This document shows positions 1 through 7,057 of a stretch of 10,514 bases of DNA, in pieces; the first letter of the stretch is position 1, and every line of letters starts with the position of its first letter. The notes beneath the pieces are model-generated. The model was not told the origin of the DNA. It was given only the letters and a program-made list of their open reading frames with translations, and ran no database searches. The translations under genes were made by a program, and so were the position numbers. The stretch comes from a virus (taxonomy: Duplodnaviria > Heunggongvirae > Uroviricota > Caudoviricetes). The stretch lies in IMG/VR virus record IMGVR_UViG_2645727991_000017; one strand, 5' to 3'.

Positions 1-82
1 AAGTCGCTGTCGTTCTCAAAATCGGTGGAGCTGCATGACAAAGTCATCGGGCATTATCTGAACATAAAACACTATCAATAAG

Positions 83-2218
83 TTGGAGTCATTACCCGCT
101 CACGGTTACATTCCGCCTGAAGAGTGGGATGAAGGTATTCCTGCTTTACTCCTGAATTATAATTTCACCGGTAACAGAGGTAATGGTAACGATAGCTATT
201 TTTTTAGTGAGCTCAGCGGGATTAATATTGGCCCGTGGCGTTTACGCAACAATGGTTCCTGGAACTATTTTCGCGGAAATGGATATCATTCAGAACAGTG
301 GAATAATATTGGCACCTGGGTACAGCGCGCCATTATTCCGCTGAAAAGTGAACTGGTAATGGGAGACGGCAATACAGGAAGTGATATTTTCGATGGCGTT
401 GGATTTCGTGGTGTACGGCTTTATTCTTCTGATAATATGTATCCTGATAGCCAGCAAGGGTTTGCCCCAACGGTACGTGGGATTGCCCGTACGGCGGCCC
501 AGCTAACGATTCGGCAAAATGGTTTTATTATCTATCAAAGCTATGTTTCCCCCGGCGCTTTTGAAATTACAGATTTGCACCCGACATCTTCAAATGGCGA
601 TCTGGACGTCACCATCGACGAGCGCGATGGCAATCAGCAGAATTACACAATTCCGTATTCAACAGTGCCAATTTTACAACGCGAAGGGCGTTTCAAATTT
701 GATCTGACGGCGGGCGATTTTCGTAGCGGTAATAGTCAGCAATCATCACCTTTCTTTTTTCAGGGCACGGCACTCGGTGGTTTACCACAGGAATTTACTG
801 CCTACGGCGGGACGCAATTATCTGCCAATTACACCGCCTTTTTGTTAGGGCTGGGGCGCAACCTCGGGAACTGGGGCGCAGTGTCGCTGGATGTAACGCA
901 TGCGCGCAGTCAGTTAGCCGACGACAGTCGTCATGAGGGGGATTCCATTCGCTTCCTCTATGCGAAATCAATGAACACCTTCGGCACCAATTTTCAGTTA
1001 ATGGGTTACAGCTATTCGACACAAGGTTTTTATACCCTTGATGATGTTGCGTATCGTCGAATGGAGGGGTACGAATATGATTACGATTACGACGGTGAGC
1101 ATCGCGATGAACCGATAATCGTGAATTACCACAATTTACGCTTTAGCCGTAAAGACCGTTTGCAGTTAAATATTTCACAATCACTTAATGACTTTGGCTC
1201 GCTTTATATCTCTGGTACCCATCAAAAATACTGGAATACTTCGGATTCAGATACGTGGTATCAGGTGGGGTATACCAGCAGCTGGGTTGGCATCAGTTAT
1301 TCGCTCTCATTTTCGTGGAATGAATCTGTAGGGATCCCCGATAACGAACGTATTGTCGGACTTAATGTTTCAGTGCCTTTCAATGTTTTGACCAAACGTC
1401 GCTACACCCGGGAAAATGCGCTCGACCGCGCTTATGCCTCCTTTAACGCCAACCGTAACAGCAACGGGCAAAATAGCTGGCTGGCAGGTGTAGGTGGGAC
1501 CTTACTGGAAGGCCACAACCTGAGTTATCACGTAAGCCAGGGTGATACCTCGAATAATGGGTACACGGGCAGCGCCACGGCAAACTGGCAGGCCGCTTAC
1601 GGTACGCTGGGGGTCGGGTATAACTACGACCGCGATCAACATGACGTTAACTGGCAGCTGTCTGGCGGTGTGGTCGGGCATGAAAATGGCATAACGCTGA
1701 GCCAGCTTTTAGGGGATACCAATGTTTTGATTAAAGCACCTGGCGCAGGCGGTGTACGCATTGAAAATCAAACTGGCATTTTAACCGACTGGCGCGGCTA
1801 TGCGGTGATGCCGTATGCCACGGTTTATCGGTATAACCGTATCGCGCTTGATACCAATACGATGGGGAATTCCATCGATGTTGAAAAAAATATTAGCAGC
1901 GTTGTGCCGACGCAAGGCGCGTTGGTTCGTGCCAATTTTGATACCCGCATAGGCGTGCGGGCGCTCATTACCGTTACCCAGGGCGGAAAACCGGTGCCGT
2001 TTGGATCACTGGTACGGGAAAACAGTACCGGAATAACCAGTATGGTGGGTGATGACGGGCAAGTTTATTTAAGTGGTGCGCCATTGTCTGGTGAATTACT
2101 GGTTCAGTGGGGAGACGGCGCGAACTCACGCTGCATTGCGCACTATGTATTGCCGAAGCAAAGCTTACAGCAAGCCGTCACTGTTATTTCGGCAGTTTGC
2201 ACACATCCTGGCTCATAA
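83..2218 (+). CDS. sfmD: Fimbrial outer-membrane usher (FimD/PapC family), C-terminal ~710 codons; the frame is closed upstream, so the gene is probably frameshifted or 5'-disrupted
   Basis: 711-codon ORF whose translation ([21 protein letters not shown]..., [16 protein letters not shown]..., [19 protein letters not shown]...) matches recalled FimD-type usher motifs from about residue 150 onward. ORF begins at a TTG; in-frame stops lie at 59-61 and 65-67, and the other two frames stop at 79-81 and 36-38. Synteny usher-adhesin-pilin-fimZ-argU. Confidence 0.8.
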   Translation: MESLPAHGYIPPEEWDEGIPALLLNYNFTGNRGNGNDSYFFSELSGINIGPWRLRNNGSWNYFRGNGYHSEQWNNIGTWVQRAIIPLKSELVMGDGNTGSDIFDGVGFRGVRLYSSDNMYPDSQQGFAPTVRGIARTAAQLTIRQNGFIIYQSYVSPGAFEITDLHPTSSNGDLDVTIDERDGNQQNYTIPYSTVPILQREGRFKFDLTAGDFRSGNSQQSSPFFFQGTALGGLPQEFTAYGGTQLSANYTAFLLGLGRNLGNWGAVSLDVTHARSQLADDSRHEGDSIRFLYAKSMNTFGTNFQLMGYSYSTQGFYTLDDVAYRRMEGYEYDYDYDGEHRDEPIIVNYHNLRFSRKDRLQLNISQSLNDFGSLYISGTHQKYWNTSDSDTWYQVGYTSSWVGISYSLSFSWNESVGIPDNERIVGLNVSVPFNVLTKRRYTRENALDRAYASFNANRNSNGQNSWLAGVGGTLLEGHNLSYHVSQGDTSNNGYTGSATANWQAAYGTLGVGYNYDRDQHDVNWQLSGGVVGHENGITLSQLLGDTNVLIKAPGAGGVRIENQTGILTDWRGYAVMPYATVYRYNRIALDTNTMGNSIDVEKNISSVVPTQGALVRANFDTRIGVRALITVTQGGKPVPFGSLVRENSTGITSMVGDDGQVYLSGAPLSGELLVQWGDGANSRCIAHYVLPKQSLQQAVTVISAVCTHPGS

Positions 2219-2253
2219 AGGAAATTATCAATAAGATAATCTGCAGATTATTA

Positions 2254-3237
2254 TTGGCGATGGCATGTTTGTGTCTGGCAAACATATCCTGGGCTACTGT
2301 TTGTGCAAATAGTACTGGCGTAGCAGAAGATGAACACTATGATCTCTCAAATATCTTTAATAGCACCAATAACCAGCCAGGGCAGATTGTTGTTTTACCG
2401 GAAAAATCCGGCTGGGTAGGTGTCTCAGCAATTTGTCCACCCGGTACGCTGGTGAATTATACATACCGTAGTTATGTCACCAACTTTATTGTTCAGGAAA
2501 CTATCGATAATTATAAATATATGCAATTACATGATTATCTATTAGGTGCGATGAGTCTGGTTGATAGTGTGATGGATATTCAGTTCCCCCCGCAAAATTA
2601 TATTCGGATGGGAACAGATCCTAACGTTTCGCAAAACCTTCCATTCGGGGTGATGGATTCTCGTTTAATATTTCGTTTAAAGGTTATTCGTCCCTTTATT
2701 AACATGGTGGAGATCCCCAGACAGGTGATGTTTACCGTGTATGTGACATCAACGCCTTACGATCCGTTGGTTACACCTGTTTATACCATTAGTTTTGGTG
2801 GCCGGGTTAAAGTGCCGCAAAACTGCGAATTAAATGCCGGGCAGATTGTTGAATTTGATTTTGGTGATATCGGCGCATCGTTATTTAGTGCGGCAGGGCC
2901 GGGGAATCGACCAGCTGGCGTCATGCCGCAAACCAAGAGCATTGCGGTCAAATGTACGAATGTTGCTGCGCAGGCTTATTTAACAATGCGTCTGGAAGCC
3001 AGTGCCGTTTCTGGTCAGGCGATGGTGTCGGACAATCAGGATTTAGGTTTTATTGTCGCCGATCAGAACGATACGCCGATTACGCCTAACGATCTCAATA
3101 GCGTTATTCCTTTCCGTCTGGATGCAGCTGCGGCAGCCAATGTCACACTTCGCGCCTGGCCTATCAGTATTACCGGTCAAAAACCGACCGAGGGGCCGTT
3201 TAGCGCGCTGGGGTATTTACGCGTCGATTATCAATGA
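2254..3237 (+). CDS. sfmH: FimH-like fimbrial adhesin / fimbrial-like protein
   Basis: ORF in frame from 2107 but that start lies inside the usher; plausible starts are TTG 2254 or ATG 2260 just after the usher stop (2216-2218). Hydrophobic signal-like N-terminus (LLLAMACLCLANISWA), C-terminus ...LRVDYQ resembles the recalled FimH C-terminus ...FVYQ. Position between usher and minor subunit. Start codon uncertain by a few codons. Confidence 0.7.
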   Translation: MAMACLCLANISWATVCANSTGVAEDEHYDLSNIFNSTNNQPGQIVVLPEKSGWVGVSAICPPGTLVNYTYRSYVTNFIVQETIDNYKYMQLHDYLLGAMSLVDSVMDIQFPPQNYIRMGTDPNVSQNLPFGVMDSRLIFRLKVIRPFINMVEIPRQVMFTVYVTSTPYDPLVTPVYTISFGGRVKVPQNCELNAGQIVEFDFGDIGASLFSAAGPGNRPAGVMPQTKSIAVKCTNVAAQAYLTMRLEASAVSGQAMVSDNQDLGFIVADQNDTPITPNDLNSVIPFRLDAAAAANVTLRAWPISITGQKPTEGPFSALGYLRVDYQ

Positions 3238-3247
3238 GGTACGGAGA

Positions 3248-3763
3248 ATGAGAAGAGTACTCTTTAGCTGTTTCTGCGGGTTACTGTGGAGTTCCAGTGG
3301 ATGGGCAGCTGACCCTTTAGGAACGATTAATATCAATTTGCACGGTAACGTTGTTGATTTCTCCTGTACCGTAAACACAGCGGATATTGATAAGACGGTA
3401 GATTTAGGCAGATGGCCTACGACACAATTACTGACCGCTGGCGATACCACGGCACTCGTCCCTTTTAGCCTGCGGCTGGAGGGATGTCCTCCGGGTTCAG
3501 TTGCGATTTTATTTACGGGAACGCCGGCATCCGATACCAACCTGCTGGCTCTGGATGATCCCGCAATGGCACAAACCGTCGCCATCGAATTACGTAATAG
3601 CGATCGCTCCCGGCTCGCACTGGGGGAGGCGAGCCCGACTGAGGAAGTAGATGCAAATGGCAATGTCACACTAAACTTTTTTGCCAATTATCGAGCGTTA
3701 GCCAGCGGTGTTCGGCCAGGTGTGGCGAAAGCGGATGCGATATTTATGATCAATTACAATTAA
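3248..3763 (+). CDS. sfmF: Fimbrial minor subunit / pilin-like protein (171 aa)
   Basis: ATG at 3248 preceded by GAGG (3236-3239); N-terminal signal peptide MRRVLFSCFCGLLWSSSGWA; pilin-like C-terminus (...KADAIFMINYN); the track ORF from 3053 is an upstream extension inside sfmH. Confidence 0.8.
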   Translation: MRRVLFSCFCGLLWSSSGWAADPLGTININLHGNVVDFSCTVNTADIDKTVDLGRWPTTQLLTAGDTTALVPFSLRLEGCPPGSVAILFTGTPASDTNLLALDDPAMAQTVAIELRNSDRSRLALGEASPTEEVDANGNVTLNFFANYRALASGVRPGVAKADAIFMINYN

Positions 3764-3765
3764 TA

Positions 3766-4398
3766 TTATATTAATTCATATAATTTGGCGTAGTCGATAA
3801 GCTCTACAATTGAATGCAAACCTAGCTTGCCATAAATATTAGATTTATGCGCACTAACTGTTTTATTGCTAAGTAATAACTTATCGGCAATTTCTTTATT
3901 AGATAATCCGCTAACCAGATAACGTAATATGGTCACTTCACGATTAGATAGCACAGTGATCGTTGAACTATTCGTACTACATTTATTGCTTTTTATATAG
4001 TTAAGCGTTTCGCTAGGAAAAAACGTGTATCCGGAGAGGATCATCTGAACGGCATGAAAAATATCATTCTGATCATTGCATTTACTGACAAAACCGTTAG
4101 CACCAGCTTGTATCGCTCTGCCAGCATAAAAGCATTCTGATTTCGATGATAAAAATAACACTTTCACTGTGCTCTGGATTTGTTTGATCCTTTTCAGGAA
4201 GGTAAAACCGTCTGTTCCGGGCAAGTCTATATCCATAATGATTAAATCAACAGGACGGGTTCGGAGATAATCGATGGTTATGCGGTAATCATCCGTTTTC
4301 AGGACAATCTGCAATTCACTGTTTTTTTGCAACAGAACTTCAATAGACATTCTGATGATAGGATGAGTATCCATAATGATCACCGACGTTGGTTTCAT
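3766..4398 (-). CDS. fimZ: LuxR/NarL-family response regulator FimZ (210 aa)
   Basis: Translation from the ATG at 4398 (MKPTSVIIMDTHPIIRMSIEVLLQ...) has a receiver domain (IIMDIDLPGTDGF) and a C-terminal LuxR HTH (LSNREVTILRYLVSGLSNKEIADKLLLSNKTVSAHKSNIYGKLG); matches FimZ as recalled. The track ORF start at 4461 is an upstream extension. Confidence 0.9.
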   Translation of the reverse strand: MKPTSVIIMDTHPIIRMSIEVLLQKNSELQIVLKTDDYRITIDYLRTRPVDLIIMDIDLPGTDGFTFLKRIKQIQSTVKVLFLSSKSECFYAGRAIQAGANGFVSKCNDQNDIFHAVQMILSGYTFFPSETLNYIKSNKCSTNSSTITVLSNREVTILRYLVSGLSNKEIADKLLLSNKTVSAHKSNIYGKLGLHSIVELIDYAKLYELI

Positions 4399-4581
4399 AG
4401 TTACCAGTCTCATAGGAGCGGACAATTTTCCGTTAGGGCGGTAAATTGTACTTTGATACATGAAAATACGGGTTTTCTTGATTCAGACGCGCAGCGGTGT
4501 GCGTTTGTTTGCCACTATAGCGAAATAAATCAGAAAATCAGACGCGGTCGTTCACTTGTTCAGCAACCAGATCAAAAGCCA

Positions 4582-4609
4582 TTGACTCAGCAAGGGTTGA
4601 CCGTATAAT
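4582..4609 (+). promoter_or_regulatory. Putative sigma70 promoter of argU (-35 TTGACT, 16-nt spacer, -10 TATAAT)
   Basis: TTGACT at 4582-4587 and perfect TATAAT at 4604-4609, about 30 nt upstream of the mature tRNA 5' end (4641). Confidence 0.5.
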
Positions 4610-4640
4610 TCACGCGATTACACCGCATTGCGGTATCAAC

Positions 4641-4717
4641 GCGCCCTTAGCTCAGTTGGATAGAGCAACGACCTTCTAAGTCGTGGGCCGCAGGTTCGAA
4701 TCCTGCAGGGCGCGCCA
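4641..4717 (+). tRNA. argU: tRNA-Arg (anticodon UCU)
   Basis: 77-nt cloverleaf: acceptor stem GCGCCCU/AGGGCGC, D-arm GCUCAGUUGGAUAGAGC, anticodon stem ACGAC/GUCGU with loop CU-UCU-AA, T-arm GCAGGUUCGAAUCCUGC, 3' GCCA. Matches E. coli argU as recalled. Confidence 0.95.
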
Positions 4718-4732
4718 TTACAATTCAATCAG

Positions 4733-5896
4733 TTACGCCTTCTTTATATCCTCCATAATTCCAGAGTGGGACATATTTGGGACATTATCACCAAAAATGT
4801 CGTCTATTTTCCTCGCATGCTCTGTCAAATGATTAGGCGCAAGGTGAGCATACCTACGAACCATTTCTATGGACTCCCATCCGCCCATTTCCTGAAGCAC
4901 TGATAATGGGACGCCTGACTGAATCAGCCAGCTTGCCCAGGTGTGTCTGAGGTCATGGAAACGGAAATCTTCAATTCCTGCACGACGACAAGCTGATAGC
5001 CATGATGTCTTGCTGTCGATGCGCATCTTCCTGACCGCAGGCGTTGATGTTCCATCTGCTCGCTTAGCCGCCTTGGTATGTACAAACACCCATTTGTGAT
5101 GCTTGCCTATTTGATCACGCAACACTTTACAGGCGGTATCGTTCAGCGCCACACCAATGGCGCGGTTTGATTTGCTCTCTTCTGGATTCACCCAGGCAAC
5201 TCGTCGCTGCATGTCGATTTGTTGCCATTCCAGATTTATGATGTTCGACTTTCTCAGACCAGTTGCCAGCGCAAACTTGACGACAGATTTCAGTGGTTCG
5301 GGGCACTCATCAATAAGGCGTTTTGCTTCCTCCTTTTCCAGCCATCTGACTCGCTTGTTTCTGACCGCTGGTATCTTGATGACAGGCGCTTTTTCCAGCC
5401 ACTTCCAGTCGCGTTCTGCAGCACGGAGAATAGCCTTTATCATGGCAAGATGCTTTGCCTTTGTCTGAGTTGATACTGGCTTTGGTTCATAAACAGGCAG
5501 TTCTTTACCTTTCCTGATGGCGGCCTGAACTTTCTGTTTCCATATTTCTTTCGTCTTTCTGTTATGCATTCTGCTTACAGCAGAGTAAATCTTTGCCTCC
5601 GAGATATCTTTAAGCCTTATACCCTCAAAATGTTCAAGCCAGAACTCAATCCGGCTTTTATCTGAATCGAGAGATTTTTTATCAGCTTTTTCCTCAAGCC
5701 ATCTTAGGCAGGCCTCTTCAAAAGTGACATCAGGTAAATCCCCTAGCTTTTCTACTCGCCAGAGTTCTGCTTTTCGCTTGTCGTGCAACTCCTGAGCTTG
5801 CCGCTTGTCCTTTGTGCCAAGAGATTCCTTAATTCGTTTCCCGCCCGGGAGCGAATACGAGGCATACCATATTTCATTTCTGCGGAAGAGTGACAT
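4733..5896 (-). CDS. intD: Tyrosine site-specific integrase (DLP12 IntD-like, 387 aa)
   Basis: Translation [55 protein letters not shown]... with C-terminal catalytic region ...[42 protein letters not shown] (R...HxxR...Y); matches DLP12 IntD as recalled; SD AGAGGAAAG upstream of the ATG at 5896. Confidence 0.95.
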   Translation of the reverse strand: MSLFRRNEIWYASYSLPGGKRIKESLGTKDKRQAQELHDKRKAELWRVEKLGDLPDVTFEEACLRWLEEKADKKSLDSDKSRIEFWLEHFEGIRLKDISEAKIYSAVSRMHNRKTKEIWKQKVQAAIRKGKELPVYEPKPVSTQTKAKHLAMIKAILRAAERDWKWLEKAPVIKIPAVRNKRVRWLEKEEAKRLIDECPEPLKSVVKFALATGLRKSNIINLEWQQIDMQRRVAWVNPEESKSNRAIGVALNDTACKVLRDQIGKHHKWVFVHTKAAKRADGTSTPAVRKMRIDSKTSWLSACRRAGIEDFRFHDLRHTWASWLIQSGVPLSVLQEMGGWESIEMVRRYAHLAPNHLTEHARKIDDIFGDNVPNMSHSGIMEDIKKA

Positions 5897-6123
5897 TTTC
5901 TTTCCTCTGTTATGCCATCACCCGCGCTCACCTGGACAGTATGCAGCGGAGACTGAAGCGCCGCAATGCAGGCTTGCCGTGTTGTGAGGTAAGGAGATTT
6001 TGGCTTGGTTGGATCTTTACGTGTTGCCTGTAGGCGGCCTGTTCGTATCCAGTTGGTGGCGGTTGGTCTGGATATCTTAAGAAACTGACAGGCCTCATCG
6101 AGTGTGAGGCTGTATGATTCCAT
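5752..6123 (-). CDS. xis: Excisionase-family DNA-binding protein (HTH), about 123 aa, with a long C-terminal extension overlapping int
   Basis: ATG at 6123 with SD AGAGGT 5 nt upstream; N-terminus [31 protein letters not shown] matches the excisionase/AlpA-type HTH pattern; directly upstream of int. The 3' 145 nt overlap the int start in another frame. Confidence 0.6.
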   Translation of the reverse strand: MESYSLTLDEACQFLKISRPTATNWIRTGRLQATRKDPTKPKSPYLTTRQACIAALQSPLHTVQVSAGDGITEERKCHSSAEMKYGMPRIRSRAGNELRNLLAQRTSGKLRSCTTSEKQNSGE

Positions 6124-6373
6124 GGTTACCTCTGCTTTTTGAACGCATGTCACGTAACTTCTTAATGTGTTCTGCCGTTTCGATCTCTTCTGCTATCCGA
6201 TCTGCATCAGCTTTATTCACAGGTTCAAAGTCATGATTAAAGCGGAACATGCTGGCGATACATGTTCTGCCTTTTCGGATGTAGTGAACTTTGTTGTGGG
6301 TAGAACGCAGGATTTTGCAGGGAGTGCCGTGGTGGTCGACGTACCAGGTGTTAGGGTAAATCACTCTGAACAT
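6095..6373 (-). CDS. Hypothetical phage protein (92 aa)
   Basis: ORF with ATG at 6373; its start overlaps the end of the upstream ASCH gene and its end overlaps the xis start (coupled arrangement). No family recognised from sequence. Confidence 0.45.
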   Translation of the reverse strand: MFRVIYPNTWYVDHHGTPCKILRSTHNKVHYIRKGRTCIASMFRFNHDFEPVNKADADRIAEEIETAEHIKKLRDMRSKSRGNHGIIQPHTR

Positions 6374-6683
6374 TCTTGACCTTGTGTTGTGCGGATTGAT
6401 ATTCAGTGCTGATATTCACCTTTATAGCGAACACCTTTACCGGTTTATCGCCAAAGTGTGGATGTGTGATTGTCTTCACTTCATATCCGTCATACGGAAC
6501 ATCAATTCTGCGACTGGAATCGTCGCGCTTCGGATATCCCTTTGTGATAATCAGGCGGTCATACTCCCGGAACATAATTCGCTTATTCCAATAGTCATTA
6601 CACAGGCGATACTCCTCCGTTTTCTCTCCGCGAATCATGGCATCGAAAAATTCACTTTTAACAGGAAGTTGCAGGTTAGCCAT
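6351..6683 (-). CDS. ASCH-domain (PUA-like) protein, about 110 aa
   Basis: N-terminus MANLQLPVKSEFFDAMIRGEKTEEYRL carries the GxKxxExR signature typical of ASCH domains; ATG at 6683 with SD GGGGGA about 7 nt upstream (the track ORF starts one codon earlier at a GTG); start overlaps the stop of the TraR-like gene (TGATG). Confidence 0.55.
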   Translation of the reverse strand: MANLQLPVKSEFFDAMIRGEKTEEYRLCNDYWNKRIMFREYDRLIITKGYPKRDDSSRRIDVPYDGYEVKTITHPHFGDKPVKVFAIKVNISTEYQSAQHKVKNVQSDLP

Positions 6684-6904
6684 CACTTAATCCCCCTTTG
6701 TTTGCGGATAAGCTCCAGATCTTGCTGGCAACTGGCGCAAGTTCGACAACCCTGAACGGCTAGGCGTCTTCGTTCATCTATCGGATCACCACACTCACAA
6801 CAATGAGTGGCAGATACAGCCAGGTGGTTCAGGCGGCGCATTTTTATTGCTGTGTTGCGCTGTAATTCTTCTATTTCTGATGCTGAATCAATGATGTCTG
6901 CCAT
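6683..6904 (-). CDS. TraR/DksA-family C4 zinc-finger protein (73 aa)
   Basis: Translation contains CECGDPIDERRRLAVQGCRTCASC (CxxC-17-CxxC), the size and motif of phage and conjugative TraR/DksA-like proteins. Confidence 0.7.
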   Translation of the reverse strand: MADIIDSASEIEELQRNTAIKMRRLNHLAVSATHCCECGDPIDERRRLAVQGCRTCASCQQDLELIRKQRGIK

Positions 6905-6956
6905 CTTCCATTAATCCCTGAATTGTTGGTTAATACGCTTGAGGGTGAATGCGAAC

Positions 6957-6983
6957 AATAAAAAAGGAGCCTGTAGCTCCCTG
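6957..6983 (-). terminator. Rho-independent terminator (minus-strand sense) immediately downstream of the DGQHR gene
   Basis: Minus-strand sequence GGAGC-TACAG-GCTCC (extendable to AGGGAGC/GCTCCTT) followed by TTTTTTATT; + strand 6966-6980 stem-loop with A6 run at 6960-6965. Confidence 0.55.
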
Positions 6984-7057
6984 AGGATTTTGCTTTTCAT
7001 GTTCACCGTTCCTTAAAGGCGCCGTACAGCATGCTGATATGAGACAATGTTGATTCA

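Noticed and set aside
519-1022. Short ORFs 519..707 (+) and 795..1022 (-) inside the usher gene
   Set aside because: Out-of-frame or antisense within the conserved usher coding sequence.
1075-1095. Tandem GATTAC-GATTAC hexanucleotide repeat encoding YDYDYD in the usher
   Set aside because: Only two repeat units, in frame and within a conserved region; too short to argue for phase variation.
2107-2253. Upstream extension of the sfmH ORF starting at 2107
   Set aside because: Would overlap the usher C-terminus by more than 100 nt and adds no signal-peptide-like sequence; a start at 2254 or 2260 just after the usher stop is more plausible.
3217-3687. 156-codon minus-strand ORF
   Set aside because: Lies entirely antisense within sfmF/sfmH, which have signal peptides and pilin-like features; shadow ORF.
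4327-4608. 93-codon + strand ORF between fimZ and argU
   Set aside because: Overlaps the fimZ 5' end antisense and runs through the argU promoter; more plausibly a non-coding regulatory region.
5157-5473. Two overlapping + strand ORFs (103 and 84 codons) inside the integrase gene, and 5805..5987 +
   Set aside because: Antisense to the highly conserved integrase/xis coding sequence; shadow ORFs.
6124-6153. Longer xis starting at the GTG at 6153
   Set aside because: The ATG at 6123 has a well-spaced SD (AGAGGT); the upstream extension lacks one and would deepen the overlap with the 92-aa ORF.
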